Under the pieces are notes generated by a model. That model did not search any database. It was given only the letters and a program-made list of their open reading frames with translations, and was not told where the DNA came from. Below, one piece after another: positions 9,419 through 20,574 of a stretch of 64,000 nucleotides of DNA (positions are counted from its first letter, which is position 1; each line of letters begins with the position of its first letter). The position numbers and the translations under genes are program-made. The stretch comes from an uncultured Leptospira sp. (GTDB lineage Bacteria; Spirochaetota; UBA4802; UB4802): the NCBI GenBank assembly GCA_964509195.1, contig CAZDWJ010000002.1, positions 74,922 through 138,921 on the forward strand, written 5' to 3'.

Positions 9419-11215
9419 TTAATCAATTTTCAAAATAGTAAGAAATGCTTCCTGAGGGATTTCCACAGAGCCAATCTGCTTCAAGCGCTTTTTACCTTCT
9501 TTTTGTTTTTCTAAAAGTTTTCGTTTGCGGGTGATATCACCGCCGTAGCATTTTGCTGTGACGTTCTTGCGTAGTGGTGAGATGTTTTCACGGGCAATGA
9601 TGCGAGAGCCTATCGCCGCCTGTAAAGGTATCCTGAATTGCTGGCGCGGTATAATTTCTTTTAGCTTTTCAATAATTTCACGTCCACGCTTGTAGGCTTT
9701 ATCCTTATGGACCATAAACGATAATGCATCAACTGACTCCTCATTGACAAGGATATCAACCTTAACTATATCCGAAGCCCTGTAATCAGTGAGTTCATAG
9801 TCAAACGATGCATAACCACGGGTACAGGATTTGAGTTTATCATAAAAGTTAAACATTATTTCAGCAAGCGGTATTTCATAGGTTAACTGAACACGAGTTT
9901 GATCAATATATTCCATACGTTTGTGAATACCACGACATTCGCTGACAAGTGACATTATGTTGCCGATATATTCAGATGGGGTGATGATAGTTGCATCAAC
10001 AAATGGCTCTTCAATCCGTTCAATCTGGGATGGGTCGGGCATTTTAACAGGGTTATCAATCATTACGGTAGTGCCGCCAGTCAATACCACTTTGTATTCA
10101 ACGGTAGGAGCAGTGGTAATGAGTGCCAGACCAAATTCACGCTCTAATCGTTCCTGTACAATTTCCATGTGCAAAAGACCAAGATAACCGCACCTGAAAC
10201 CAAAACCTAGGGCATATGAATTATCTGGTTCAAAAAATAGTGCAGCATCGTTTAAATTTAATTTATAGAGTGCGTCTTTCAGGTCATCGTAATCGTCGCT
10301 TATTGAGGGATACAGACCTGAGAAAACCATTGGCTTAGCTTCTTTAAAGCCGACAATTGGCTCAGTCACTGGATTTTGTGCTGATGTGATGGTGTCCCCA
10401 GTACGCGTATCGGTGAGTTGCTTTATTCCTGCAGTGATATAGCCAACCTCGCCAGCTGTAAGCTGTGAGCGCTTTTCTCTTTTTAATCTAAAATGGCCAA
10501 CTTCGGTGACCTCATATTGTTTTTGATTGGAAAAAAGCATAATCATGTCATCTTCTTTCACAGTGCCATCAAATATCCTGACCTTTGTAACTACGCCAAC
10601 ATACTGGTCAAAATATGAGTCGAAAATTAATGCTTTAAGCGGAGCATCAGGATTACCTTTTGGTGCAGGAATATTTTGTACAATTTTTTCTAACAATTCG
10701 TCAATGCCAATACCTTCGCGCGCTGAAACGCAGATTGCACTTTCGGGATCAAGCCCCAGGCTCTTTTTAATACTTTCTTTGGTGCGGGGAATATCGGCAT
10801 TAGGCATGTCAATTTTATTTATAACCGGTAATATAGTAAGATCATTTTCTAAAGCTAGATACATATTGGCGATAGTTTGTGCTTCTACGCCCTGAGTGGC
10901 ATCGACAAGTAGTAATACTCCTTCACATGCTGCTAGCGCACGTGAAACCTCATAAGTGAAGTCCACATGTCCGGGCGTATCAATGAGGTTAAACATATAT
11001 GTATTGCCATCTTTTGATGGATAATTGAGGGTAATAACATTTGCTTTTATGGTAATTCCGCGCTCTCGTTCAATGTCCATATCGTCTAAAAGCTGGTCAA
11101 CGTGGTTACGTGGATCAATTGCATTACACCGCTCAATGATACGATCAGCCAACGTTGACTTGCCATGATCAATGTGAGCAATAATAGAAAAATTTCTTAT
11201 TAATGACTGTTTCAT
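9419..11215 (-). CDS. lepA: elongation factor 4 (LepA), translational GTPase
   Basis: [21 protein letters not shown] and NKID G-motifs plus the LepA-specific C-terminal domain. 598 aa. Confidence 0.95.
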   Translation of the reverse strand: MKQSLIRNFSIIAHIDHGKSTLADRIIERCNAIDPRNHVDQLLDDMDIERERGITIKANVITLNYPSKDGNTYMFNLIDTPGHVDFTYEVSRALAACEGVLLLVDATQGVEAQTIANMYLALENDLTILPVINKIDMPNADIPRTKESIKKSLGLDPESAICVSAREGIGIDELLEKIVQNIPAPKGNPDAPLKALIFDSYFDQYVGVVTKVRIFDGTVKEDDMIMLFSNQKQYEVTEVGHFRLKREKRSQLTAGEVGYITAGIKQLTDTRTGDTITSAQNPVTEPIVGFKEAKPMVFSGLYPSISDDYDDLKDALYKLNLNDAALFFEPDNSYALGFGFRCGYLGLLHMEIVQERLEREFGLALITTAPTVEYKVVLTGGTTVMIDNPVKMPDPSQIERIEEPFVDATIITPSEYIGNIMSLVSECRGIHKRMEYIDQTRVQLTYEIPLAEIMFNFYDKLKSCTRGYASFDYELTDYRASDIVKVDILVNEESVDALSFMVHKDKAYKRGREIIEKLKEIIPRQQFRIPLQAAIGSRIIARENISPLRKNVTAKCYGGDITRKRKLLEKQKEGKKRLKQIGSVEIPQEAFLTILKID

Positions 11216-11413
11216 ACAGTGGTTGCCTTTCAGGTAACTTTAAAAAACTATCTGATATATACTAAAATATAGCGTGTATTAAAGAAAAAAGTGTAGTTTT
11301 TATGTGAAAAATTATTGTTAATAATGGACTATGAGCTTTTTGTTTAAAAATAACGCAAGAATTTTTTAAGCAGATAATAGATTTAATCCTATTTTCTAAG
11401 AGGTAATGGTATC

Positions 11414-11869
11414 ATGAAGATACTTGTACTATCAGATTCACACGGGAACATCCAGAAATTGAAGAAAATAATTGAAGCAGAAAAAATATTTGATTTGCTT
11501 ATCCATTGTGGTGATGGGATAAATGATTTGCTTCATATTGATTTACCTGGGGGAATAATGGTGATTACCGTATGTGGGAATATTGATAGGGCACAGGGGA
11601 TTTCAGGCCAGACATTTATAGTAGAAATTATAAATGGCTTTAAATTTTTTATTACTCATGGGGATCTATTTGGAGCTCATCATGATATCACAGGAGTATG
11701 GTCTGAAGCTAAGCGTTTGGGTTGTGATATTGCCTGTTTTGGTCACACTCACAGGGCAATGAATGATGATGTGAGTCCTTACATGTTTAATCCTGGAGCA
11801 TCGCAGACTGGAATGTATGGTATAATCGATATCAAAAATAGTATCAAATGCGAACTAAAAAGAGTATAA
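11414..11869 (+). CDS. YfcE-like metallophosphoesterase (calcineurin-like phosphodiesterase)
   Basis: LSDSHG, GDG.. and GHTH motifs. 151 aa. Confidence 0.8.
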   Translation: MKILVLSDSHGNIQKLKKIIEAEKIFDLLIHCGDGINDLLHIDLPGGIMVITVCGNIDRAQGISGQTFIVEIINGFKFFITHGDLFGAHHDITGVWSEAKRLGCDIACFGHTHRAMNDDVSPYMFNPGASQTGMYGIIDIKNSIKCELKRV

Positions 11870-11960
11870 AAATCACCATTTATTTTTAAATGATATTTTA
11901 TAGAAAAACACTATATAATGAGAAAGCAGATGAGAAAAGCTATGAGGTATACTTTGTCAA

Positions 11961-14900
11961 TTATAAAAGGGTTTCTTTTATTTCAAGGAATTTGTTGTGA
12001 TTTTTTACAAATGCAGTAACAACTACGGGGTCAAAATGGATGCCAGCTTTATCGGATATAATCTTTACTGCCTTTTCGTGGGGATACGCACGTTTGTAGG
12101 GACGTTCTGAAACAAGTGCATCATATACATCTGCAACAGCAACAATGCGTGCAGATAATGGTATTTTATCCGCTTTTAATCCTTTTGGATATCCAGAACC
12201 ATCCCATCGTTCATGATGGTAAAGTGCAATTTCTTTTCCCATATTAAGGTATGAACGGCCTGAGACTTTGCGTTCGGCTTGCGCTATTGTTTCAGCTCCA
12301 ATGATAGTGTGCTGCTTCATAATTTCAAATTCATATTCTGTAAGTTTTCCAGGTTTAAGTAAAATGTGGTCGGGCACACCAACTTTACCTATATCATGGA
12401 GCAAACATGAATTTACAAGGTCCTGTATGTATTCCTTGGTTATGTAGTCTTTATATTCAGGGTGTTGTGATAGCTCATATGCTAGAATTTCTACATACCG
12501 CATAATGCGCTCAAGATGCATGCCTGTTTCTTTATTTCTGTATTCTGCCAATTTTGCAAGTGAAACGATAGTTACTATCTGAGCGTGGTATAATCGTTGA
12601 TTGAGTTCCAGTGATTCTGCTTCCAGACGTTTTTTCTCGCTTATGTCGATGAAGAAGTAAAGATGGGCAAAAGGTATATCATGGTCATCGTGAAGAAGTG
12701 ATGACATGCACAGAGTTGTTAAGGCTTCCCCTGATTTTTTTAACATTACAATTTCAGTGTAAGGTTGTGTAATAACCTGATTTAATGCAGAAGTATTAGC
12801 ATATCTTTGATTATCATTATTAAAAGTGACTAATTTATTGAGTGGTGTGTTTAAAATTTCAAAAGGTTGATAGCCTAATATTGTTGAAGCCCCTTTATTC
12901 CAGCTTGTTATTATTCCTTTCAGGTCGGTAGTAATTATTCCTATCATTTCATTCTGCAAAATCTTCTCCTGAAATTCGGTGAGATTTTGTATATGAGATT
13001 CCATACGTTTTTTACGCTCAATATCACGCGCCACTATCTGTATGCCGATTGTATTGTCCAGTGGGACTAAACTCATAGCAATTTCATACCATGTATATTT
13101 GCCATTATGCGTATATAATTGGATTTCAAAAGGCTGAGGATTAGTGCCACTTTTTAATGAATATTCCATTATTGTTTGTAGTAAATGTTTTTCACTTTCA
13201 TCTACAAAATCAAAAAATGAAGGTTTACGTGATACAGAATGATCAAGAAGTTTATAAAAAACAGAATTACCATACACAATTTCACCTTCAGCAGTGCAGA
13301 GAAATATAATATCCTGAGTATTTTCAACTAAGTTGCGGTATTTCAATTCGGATTTGATAAGTTCTTCCTGATTACGCTTACGGCTTATTTCAACAGCAGC
13401 TGCATTAAGCAATATTCCAATGAAATCTTTGTTTTGAATATTTGATGCTGTATCTAGAGCTATCGCTATACTGCCTTCAATTTTGTGTTTGGAACCTATT
13501 GGGTATATTGCTACAATTTCATCCTTAAATAGTGAAAAAAGTGTATTCTTTTTGTTATCATCAATATCAGGAAATGTTTTTTCAATTAATGCATGTAGTT
13601 CATCAGCACTTTCTATAATAATGTCTTTGCCGGTTTTAATAACAGAGAAAAAGGGTATTTTATTATTCTCATCATATTTTAGTTTCATATTTAAAATGTT
13701 TTGTTGAGAAACATTCTGTAGTATACACTGGAAATTTTCGGGGTATACTTCTACAATCTGGAGTGTATTGACGTCGGTACTAAGTAATGTCACAATACTA
13801 TATTTAACACCTAGAGCATGCAGTGCCTTGGTAATATGGTGTATGCTTTCCTTTATGGTGTTTGCCTGTTTTAGTAGATATAATGTTTCTGTAATTAACT
13901 CCAATTTTTTTTGTTTTTCTTTTAATTCTTTTGTTTGTTTATCAACTTCTTCTGCTAATGCTAGGCTAAATTTTTCTATTTTGCGCTCTGCAATTATTCG
14001 TGTTGTTATATCTTCAAGGATGTTAACCACAGAGGAAACCACCCCAGATGGTGCTATTATTGGTGAAGCAATATATTTGAAAAAGCGTGATTCACTAAAA
14101 AACGGGACTTTTTGTTCACGAATAATTGGAGAGCCCTGATTCATTACTCTGAACGCTGCGCAATCACTACATGGTGAATTTCTGAGCGCTATAATTTCAT
14201 AACATTTTTTGTTCAGAGGGTTCTCAATAGAAAACCATTCTTTGAATGTATCGTTGGTTTCAATAATTGAATAATCTTTGTTAATAACGAAAAGAGCCAT
14301 AGGTATGGCATTGATAAGTGATGAATATTTTGTTTCTGAAATAATAATTTTATTGTGATAACGATACTGCCGTAGACCATTGGAAAGCAATCGTGCAACA
14401 AGTTCAAGTGTAGCAAATTCGCTTTCCTCAAGAATGGTATGATTTTTGGGATAAATGATATCAAGTGAACCAATAGTTTCTTTTTCGGCTATGAGAGGGA
14501 AGGATACAACACCACCAAAATAAGGGGATTCAAGAATTTGCTTCTGTACATCAGGTGTGAGGATTTGCGTTAAATCTTTACTTGCCTGAGAGAAGTCACT
14601 TATAATCTGTTCAAGAGTATATATTGTTTTATTAGTAGTACTGGTAGCAGGAAAGGTAATTGTATCAGAAAATGTTATATATCCTCTCAAAATTGAGAAT
14701 AAAATGTTTTTTTTAAATATGCTTCTGTTAGCTATAAGCTTTTTTATGTTGATGGTTGTATACTCAAAATCAAGATTGACATCATTAAGGTGAGGTATGA
14801 ATTTTTTTAAAGCATGTAACTCTGGAAATATTAATAAATGATCAGTTCCATCGATGTTAGACAGACATGAAATATTGAATACAGGGATGTTTAATTGCGT

Positions 14901-15023
14901 AATTATATGCTTTATTTTTTTTATATATTCAGATATAGAATGAGTGGTATTATGCAGATTAGCAATCTGAAGTAAGTATTTTACCGGATATGTGCTTTCA
15001 GTAAAGTTTATATCGTTATTCAT
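11961..15023 (-). CDS. multidomain sensor with PAS/GAF regions and C-terminal HD-GYP c-di-GMP phosphodiesterase
   Basis: 1020 aa. HD domain (LLHDIGK) and HHERWDGSGYP near the C-terminus. PAS-like segments in the middle. The N-terminal roughly 450 aa carry no recognisable motif. Confidence 0.8.
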   Translation of the reverse strand: MNNDINFTESTYPVKYLLQIANLHNTTHSISEYIKKIKHIITQLNIPVFNISCLSNIDGTDHLLIFPELHALKKFIPHLNDVNLDFEYTTINIKKLIANRSIFKKNILFSILRGYITFSDTITFPATSTTNKTIYTLEQIISDFSQASKDLTQILTPDVQKQILESPYFGGVVSFPLIAEKETIGSLDIIYPKNHTILEESEFATLELVARLLSNGLRQYRYHNKIIISETKYSSLINAIPMALFVINKDYSIIETNDTFKEWFSIENPLNKKCYEIIALRNSPCSDCAAFRVMNQGSPIIREQKVPFFSESRFFKYIASPIIAPSGVVSSVVNILEDITTRIIAERKIEKFSLALAEEVDKQTKELKEKQKKLELITETLYLLKQANTIKESIHHITKALHALGVKYSIVTLLSTDVNTLQIVEVYPENFQCILQNVSQQNILNMKLKYDENNKIPFFSVIKTGKDIIIESADELHALIEKTFPDIDDNKKNTLFSLFKDEIVAIYPIGSKHKIEGSIAIALDTASNIQNKDFIGILLNAAAVEISRKRNQEELIKSELKYRNLVENTQDIIFLCTAEGEIVYGNSVFYKLLDHSVSRKPSFFDFVDESEKHLLQTIMEYSLKSGTNPQPFEIQLYTHNGKYTWYEIAMSLVPLDNTIGIQIVARDIERKKRMESHIQNLTEFQEKILQNEMIGIITTDLKGIITSWNKGASTILGYQPFEILNTPLNKLVTFNNDNQRYANTSALNQVITQPYTEIVMLKKSGEALTTLCMSSLLHDDHDIPFAHLYFFIDISEKKRLEAESLELNQRLYHAQIVTIVSLAKLAEYRNKETGMHLERIMRYVEILAYELSQHPEYKDYITKEYIQDLVNSCLLHDIGKVGVPDHILLKPGKLTEYEFEIMKQHTIIGAETIAQAERKVSGRSYLNMGKEIALYHHERWDGSGYPKGLKADKIPLSARIVAVADVYDALVSERPYKRAYPHEKAVKIISDKAGIHFDPVVVTAFVKNHNKFLEIKETLL

Positions 15024-15308
15024 TTAGATATGCATATTAAAATTAATTTAATATTGTATACTCAATATCATTATAAAGTTATACGCTTAAAAATATCAAC
15101 AAAATTATTCAGTCCAGCAGGATTTTTTTAGGATAAGTGCCTATTAGAAGCTCATTATTGATTTTTTATACAAAATTTGGTCACTTAAAAAGGCCGGGTA
15201 TTTCATAATTAATTATCAAAAAAATATAGCATTTAATTAGGGATAAAATTCAAAACACTAAATATCAATATATCATCAGCTATACAGGAAGTTAAATTTA
15301 AAAAATAC

Positions 15309-15336
15309 TTGACATCTATACATTAGTATATATATT
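15309..15336 (+). promoter_or_regulatory. putative sigma70 promoter upstream of sbcD
   Basis: TTGACA, 16-nt spacer, TATATT, about 175 nt upstream of the sbcD ATG inside a 490-bp AT-rich divergent intergenic region. Confidence 0.35.
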
Positions 15337-15513
15337 CCCATAATACAAATTTCAGTTTTTGATGAATAAGTTTGATTATTCCTATCACAATTATGTATAG
15401 AATATTAATAATTCACATTAAAAATGGAGAATCCCTTTATTACATAAGTTGTATACTATAATTGCAACATAATATCATATTGAGCTAGAAATTTTCATAC
15501 CTTTGGAGAAACC

Positions 15514-16647
15514 ATGCCAACATTCACCCATATTTCAGATACGCATCTGGGATTTAATGATTTTGACAAAGTAAATGATGAAGGCATTAATCAACGTGAA
15601 GCGGATATATATGATGCATTTGCTACAACTGTTGACTACATTATAGAACATAAACCTGATTTTGTACTGCACACTGGAGATTTGTTTCACCGTGCTTCAC
15701 CTTCTAACCGTGCACTGATTCAAGGATTACAGAATATCAAACGAATAACGCAAACGGGTATCCCATTTATTGTCATTGCAGGCAATCATTGCACACCAAA
15801 GACAGCATACACAAGCCCCATTTTACAGGCATTGCAAACTGTTGAAGGTGTCTATGCTGTATATAATCAGCAGTATGAATGCATTTCAATTGATGGCATT
15901 AGTTTTCATTGTCTTCCTCATATTCATGATGATGGTGAGTACAAAAATCAATTAGCACGAATAAAGCCAAAAAATGGAAATAACATCCTGTTAATGCATA
16001 CCTCATTGGGAAAGGACTATCTTTTGGATGAATATGGTGAACGTATTTTTCCTGAAGAAAGTTATTCGCTCCTGAAAGCATTTGATTACGTAGCACTGGG
16101 GCACTGGCACAACTTTCATGTTTTACCACAGTGGAGCAATGCCTGCTATAGTGGTTCAACGGAGCGATTCAGCGATAGAGAAGCTTCAAGGCAAAAGGGC
16201 TATGTAACAGTAACTATCGGACATGAATTAAAAATAGAATTTACACCAATTAAAATCCGCAACTGGGAACGCTTTGATATCAAGCAGTGCAGTCAGCGTT
16301 CAGTTGAAGAAATTAAAAAGGAGATACAGGATTATGCAGCAAAGATTGAAGAGGGAACAATCGTAAGCATCTATATGCACGACATTGATGCGCATCAAAG
16401 CGCCAGTCTCAGTAATGTATGGATTGCCCAGCAGTTTGAACGGGCACTTGTGGTGTTGCCAAAACGAATATTTAAAAAACATAGTGGCGATAGCTCATGG
16501 AAGTCCTCAACCATTAACATTGATGAACTCTTTTCAATGTACTGCAGAGAACAGATTGTTGATGATAAGGAACGCTCATTGATTGAGGAATTGGGAAAGC
16601 GGTATTTTAAAAAATATTACGATGACCTACATGAAATCAAGGATTAA
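15514..16647 (+). CDS. sbcD: Mre11/SbcD-family nuclease
   Basis: Phosphoesterase motifs DTHLG (I), GDLFH (II), GNHC (III) and GHWHNFH (V). 377 aa. RBS ggaga. Confidence 0.8.
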   Translation: MPTFTHISDTHLGFNDFDKVNDEGINQREADIYDAFATTVDYIIEHKPDFVLHTGDLFHRASPSNRALIQGLQNIKRITQTGIPFIVIAGNHCTPKTAYTSPILQALQTVEGVYAVYNQQYECISIDGISFHCLPHIHDDGEYKNQLARIKPKNGNNILLMHTSLGKDYLLDEYGERIFPEESYSLLKAFDYVALGHWHNFHVLPQWSNACYSGSTERFSDREASRQKGYVTVTIGHELKIEFTPIKIRNWERFDIKQCSQRSVEEIKKEIQDYAAKIEEGTIVSIYMHDIDAHQSASLSNVWIAQQFERALVVLPKRIFKKHSGDSSWKSSTINIDELFSMYCREQIVDDKERSLIEELGKRYFKKYYDDLHEIKD

Positions 16648-16650
16648 TGT

Positions 16651-19050
16651 ATGATTTTACGTTCACTCTCACTTACCAATTTCAGGCAATATAGAAGCAC
16701 AACAATTGAATTTAAAGATGGGCTTGTTGGCATAATTGGCAAAAACGGCAGTGGTAAGAGTACTCTTTTCAGTGCTATTGTTTGTGCACTGTATGGCGAT
16801 TTACCTTCAAATAAAGAATATATACGCTCAAGCTTTGTAGAGGACAATGCAACTGTTGAGATTGTGTTAGAGTATGAGATAGAAAACAATGAATACAGAG
16901 TTGTGCGGCAATTCAAAGGAAGAAATTTAAATTCACAGGCTACACTTTATAAGAATGATATGGCGATAGTTACTGGAGCAACTGAAGTTTCTAAAGCAAT
17001 AGAAAAAATCATTGGCATGCCAAAAGAAGCATTTATGCGTTCAGTCTTTGCTGCACAGGGTGAATTGCGCGAAATATCTCAGACAAAAGGTGCACCAAGG
17101 CGGGAACTCATACGCAGGATATTAGGCTTTTCGATGATAGATGAAATTTTGCAGAATATCCGCGATGACAAAAATGAAATGAAAAAGTTTATAGAGGGTC
17201 AACAAGTTATGCTTCTCTCGGATGAAGAGATTAAAGCTAAAAGTGTGGAATGTGAAAATCTTTCCCTCACACTAAACACACATACTAAAGTATTAGAGGA
17301 ATTCATACGCAAACACAAAGAAGTACAACAACAATTTGAACAGAAACGTATTGAATTTGAACATCAACAAAAAATATATCAGACATATAACACACTTATG
17401 CAGGAACGCACAAAAATTGCTACACAACGTGATAATTGTATACACAACATCGATGATGCACAGAAAAAGCTTTCACATTTAGAATCATTGAAAAAACAAT
17501 GGGAAAGCTTACAGAAAAAGGAAGAACAGTATACAAAAGTAAAAAAACAAAGAAAAGAACTGGAATCTGTACGTATACAATACATGCACAAACAAAAACT
17601 TGAAGATCAGTACTCACAAATTGCTGATGATATCAATGAACAATCAAGATATATTGAATCTGAAAAGGATGTAATTAAGGAATATGACAAAGTAGTACAA
17701 GAGATTACTACGTATAACCAGCAGAAAACGGATGCACAAAAAACATTACAGAATTTAAATCAGCAATTACATCAAATATCAATAAAAATTGGTGGCATTC
17801 AAAAATCAATTGAAGATAGAAAAAAGCACATTCAGCAAATTAATAAATTAGGAAAAGAAGCTGAATGTCCCACCTGTCTTCGCCCTTTACTCGACGCATA
17901 TGAGGCAACTATATCACGCCTTGCAGCTGAAATCGATAATTATCAAAACAAAGAAATGGTACAATTTCATAATGAGCAAACTCACTTAAAAGATACTATC
18001 GCCATTACTGAAAAAATGTTGATGGATGTAGAAATAAAATTGAATCAATTGCAACAGCAAAAAACACAGTATGATGAAAAAAAGAAAAATATTGAAAAGA
18101 CTTTGCGTGATGTCAAAAAGAAACAGGAAATGTTGAATGCAGTGAAAAATAAATTGGAAAAACTTAAAGAAATTGTATTTGATGAAAATATCTATAATAA
18201 GGTTTTGGATGAATATAGTAAGCTTGAAAATGACCATAATATCTTTTTGCAGTTATCAGCATTAATAAAAGAAATACCTGAAATTATTAATAAAATATTG
18301 CTGTTTAAAAAAGAGAAAGAAAATCTTATAGCATCACTGAACAGGAACAAAAGTGAAGTAGATGCATTAGGATTTTCTGAGAATACGTATACTACAATTA
18401 AGGCTGATTATGAAAAGTTGCTTCAGGAAAAGGAAGCGATAGCGGATAAGGTTAGCAAGGCAACAATAGAAAAAAATACAATAGAAAATAAAATTAAGCA
18501 GATTGAAAATGAGTTGCAGAAGGATGCGCAAAACCGCACAAAAATACAAACGGCTAAAAATCATCTTGAATTATTGCAGCGCTTAGAAGCGTTGATGGAT
18601 GGTTTCAGGACTTCGGTACTTGTGACTGCAAAACCGGTGATATCCCATTACGCCAGTAATTTATTTAATCAGATTACGCAGGGAAGATATCAGTCTATCA
18701 CAGTGGATGATGATTTTGATTTCATGATCATGGATGATGGGAAGTGGTATCCGCTGAGCAGATTTTCAGGTGGGGAGATTGACTGTGCCAATCTGTGCCT
18801 GCGAATAGCTATCAGCAACGCCATAAGAGATTTTAGTGGCAGTGGCGCAGTTGGTTTTATGGCGTTTGATGAAATTTTTGGCAGTCAGGATAATGACAGG
18901 AGAACTGCGATAATGAATGCGTTATATAGTTTGCAGGAACAATATCGCCAGATTTTTATTGTCTCACATATTGATGACATAAAAGAATCGTTTCCTACCA
19001 TATTACACATTCAGACCACTCCTAACGGATCTGTAGCTAAGTGGATATAG
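16651..19050 (+). CDS. sbcC: Rad50/SbcC-family ATPase with coiled-coil and CPTC zinc hook (compact, 799 aa)
   Basis: Walker A GKNGSGKST, Q-loop AAQGE, long K/E/Q-rich coiled coil with central ECPTC hook, signature FSGGE, Walker B MAFDEIF, H-loop VSHID. Starts 3 nt after the sbcD stop. Confidence 0.8.
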   Translation: MILRSLSLTNFRQYRSTTIEFKDGLVGIIGKNGSGKSTLFSAIVCALYGDLPSNKEYIRSSFVEDNATVEIVLEYEIENNEYRVVRQFKGRNLNSQATLYKNDMAIVTGATEVSKAIEKIIGMPKEAFMRSVFAAQGELREISQTKGAPRRELIRRILGFSMIDEILQNIRDDKNEMKKFIEGQQVMLLSDEEIKAKSVECENLSLTLNTHTKVLEEFIRKHKEVQQQFEQKRIEFEHQQKIYQTYNTLMQERTKIATQRDNCIHNIDDAQKKLSHLESLKKQWESLQKKEEQYTKVKKQRKELESVRIQYMHKQKLEDQYSQIADDINEQSRYIESEKDVIKEYDKVVQEITTYNQQKTDAQKTLQNLNQQLHQISIKIGGIQKSIEDRKKHIQQINKLGKEAECPTCLRPLLDAYEATISRLAAEIDNYQNKEMVQFHNEQTHLKDTIAITEKMLMDVEIKLNQLQQQKTQYDEKKKNIEKTLRDVKKKQEMLNAVKNKLEKLKEIVFDENIYNKVLDEYSKLENDHNIFLQLSALIKEIPEIINKILLFKKEKENLIASLNRNKSEVDALGFSENTYTTIKADYEKLLQEKEAIADKVSKATIEKNTIENKIKQIENELQKDAQNRTKIQTAKNHLELLQRLEALMDGFRTSVLVTAKPVISHYASNLFNQITQGRYQSITVDDDFDFMIMDDGKWYPLSRFSGGEIDCANLCLRIAISNAIRDFSGSGAVGFMAFDEIFGSQDNDRRTAIMNALYSLQEQYRQIFIVSHIDDIKESFPTILHIQTTPNGSVAKWI

Positions 19051-19183
19051 AAACAGTGTTGACTTTTATTTAAACCTTCATTATAATTAAAATCATAAAT
19101 CACAATATTTTAAGATAATATTTTTTTATTCAATTACCTTATTAAAAATGTTCTGTTCATATTTCTGTAAATATTTATGATTA

Positions 19184-19654
19184 GTGAGGTATGAGAATAT
19201 GACACAAAAGAAGCATTTAGTAATTTTTTTATTTATATTTGGAAGTGTATTGACTCTTGCAGGGTTAAAACTTATTCATAATGCACGTGAAAGTTTATAC
19301 TGGCCTAAAACAGAAGGAGTTATTACAGAATCGTTTATGGATTGGGATCGTCATAGAGAGCAATATGCTAATATACGATACTCCTTTATAGTTAAGGGTG
19401 AAAAAATAACTGGATTCCAGATATCAGCAAAAGACACAAATATATCAAATGAAGAGTTACTAAAAAAATACCCTGTAGGTAAAAAAGTAGTAGTATATTA
19501 TGATCCTGATAATCCTGAAAACTCTTTGTTAGAACCTGGATATTCATGGCAAAGCTATCAAGCCTTTGTGTTAGGTATACTATTTCTTTTAGGTGCAATG
19601 GGTGTAGCTCTACTGTATAAAGAAAAGCCACAACACAATGAGAGGGAAATATGA
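19184..19654 (+). CDS. small two-TM membrane protein (DUF3592-like architecture)
   Basis: 156 aa. N-terminal TM LVIFLFIFGSVLTLAGL and C-terminal TM AFVLGILFLLGAMGVALL flank a roughly 90-aa soluble segment. Stop overlaps the next start (ATGA). Confidence 0.45.
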   Translation: MRYENMTQKKHLVIFLFIFGSVLTLAGLKLIHNARESLYWPKTEGVITESFMDWDRHREQYANIRYSFIVKGEKITGFQISAKDTNISNEELLKKYPVGKKVVVYYDPDNPENSLLEPGYSWQSYQAFVLGILFLLGAMGVALLYKEKPQHNEREI

Positions 19655-20574
19655 AAATATCAAGAAAGATATTTTTTTCATCATTAATAAGCAGTGCTGC
19701 TGCTATGGCAACTGGTTATATTACAGGTATTAAAAAGGTGTTTGGTTTAGAAACAAATAAAGATCTTGTGGTTATAAAGACCAACAGAATAACACAGCAG
19801 ACCATCTATGCAATGGTTGAACAGGGTTTTAAGGAAATTGGTGGAATAGAACGATTTGTTAAAAAAGGGACAAAAGTAGTCATAAAACCCAATATAGGAT
19901 TTAATTCTACACCGGAACGTGCACATACAACTAATCCAATTCTGGTTGAAGCAGTTGCCACACTATGCAGGAAAGCAGGAGCACATGTAGCTATCATGGA
20001 CAGGCCAGTACATAATGCACGGATGTGCTATCGTTCAAGTGGCATTGAAGATGCAGCTAAAAAAGCAGACGCAGATATTGTGTATATGCATAGAGAAAGA
20101 TTTAAGACAGTAAAAGTTCCAGCAGGTCTTAATCTTGATACGCTTGATGTATATGAAGATATTTTGGAGGCTGATTGCATCATCAATATGCCTATTGCCA
20201 AACATCACAGTGCGGCAGATTTGACATTAGCCATGAAGAATCTAATGGGAGTCATTGGGGGCAATAGAGGTTTTTACCACATCAACCTTCACCGAAATAT
20301 TGTTGATTTTACTAAAGCAGTGAAAGTGCATCTGGTTATATTGGACGGACTCAGGATTTTGACAAAACATGGTCCATCATCTGGGACCCCTGATGATATA
20401 AAAGAAACCAAAACAGTTATATTTGGCACTAACCCCGTCATGGTAGATGCATACGCCACAAAACATTTATTTGGAATTGAGCCATCATCTATTGGTTATC
20501 TTAATCTGGCAGCACAGTCAGGTATGGGTAGCATAAATATTCATGGCTATTCCGTAGTGACAAGAACTGTATGA
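19651..20574 (+). CDS. DUF362-family protein with N-terminal signal peptide
   Basis: VVIKPNIGFNSTPERAHTTNPILVEAV and INMPIAKHHSAADLTLAMKNLMGVIGG motifs, shared with the ORF at 2-889. Signal-peptide-like hydrophobic N-terminus. Confidence 0.6.
   Translation: MKISRKIFFSSLISSAAAMATGYITGIKKVFGLETNKDLVVIKTNRITQQTIYAMVEQGFKEIGGIERFVKKGTKVVIKPNIGFNSTPERAHTTNPILVEAVATLCRKAGAHVAIMDRPVHNARMCYRSSGIEDAAKKADADIVYMHRERFKTVKVPAGLNLDTLDVYEDILEADCIINMPIAKHHSAADLTLAMKNLMGVIGGNRGFYHINLHRNIVDFTKAVKVHLVILDGLRILTKHGPSSGTPDDIKETKTVIFGTNPVMVDAYATKHLFGIEPSSIGYLNLAAQSGMGSINIHGYSVVTRTV

Noticed and set aside
15024-15513. 490-bp AT-rich region checked as possible oriC or DnaA-box cluster
   Set aside because: No TTATCCACA-like DnaA boxes and no dnaA/dnaN nearby. 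It is better explained as a divergent promoter region for sbcD and the HD-GYP sensor gene.
17379-18564. Minus-strand ORFs (17379-17617, 17986-18237, 18367-18564) inside sbcC
   Set aside because: F/L/I-rich low-complexity translations are the mirror image of the K/E/Q-rich coiled-coil coding strand. They are nested entirely within a strongly supported gene, so they are spurious.
15514-19050. SbcD/SbcC pair as a dedicated anti-phage defence system
   Set aside because: All motifs match housekeeping Mre11/Rad50-type SbcCD (zinc hook, signature motif, phosphoesterase motifs). No third defence-specific gene accompanies it. Kept only as a low-interest note because the SbcC is short.
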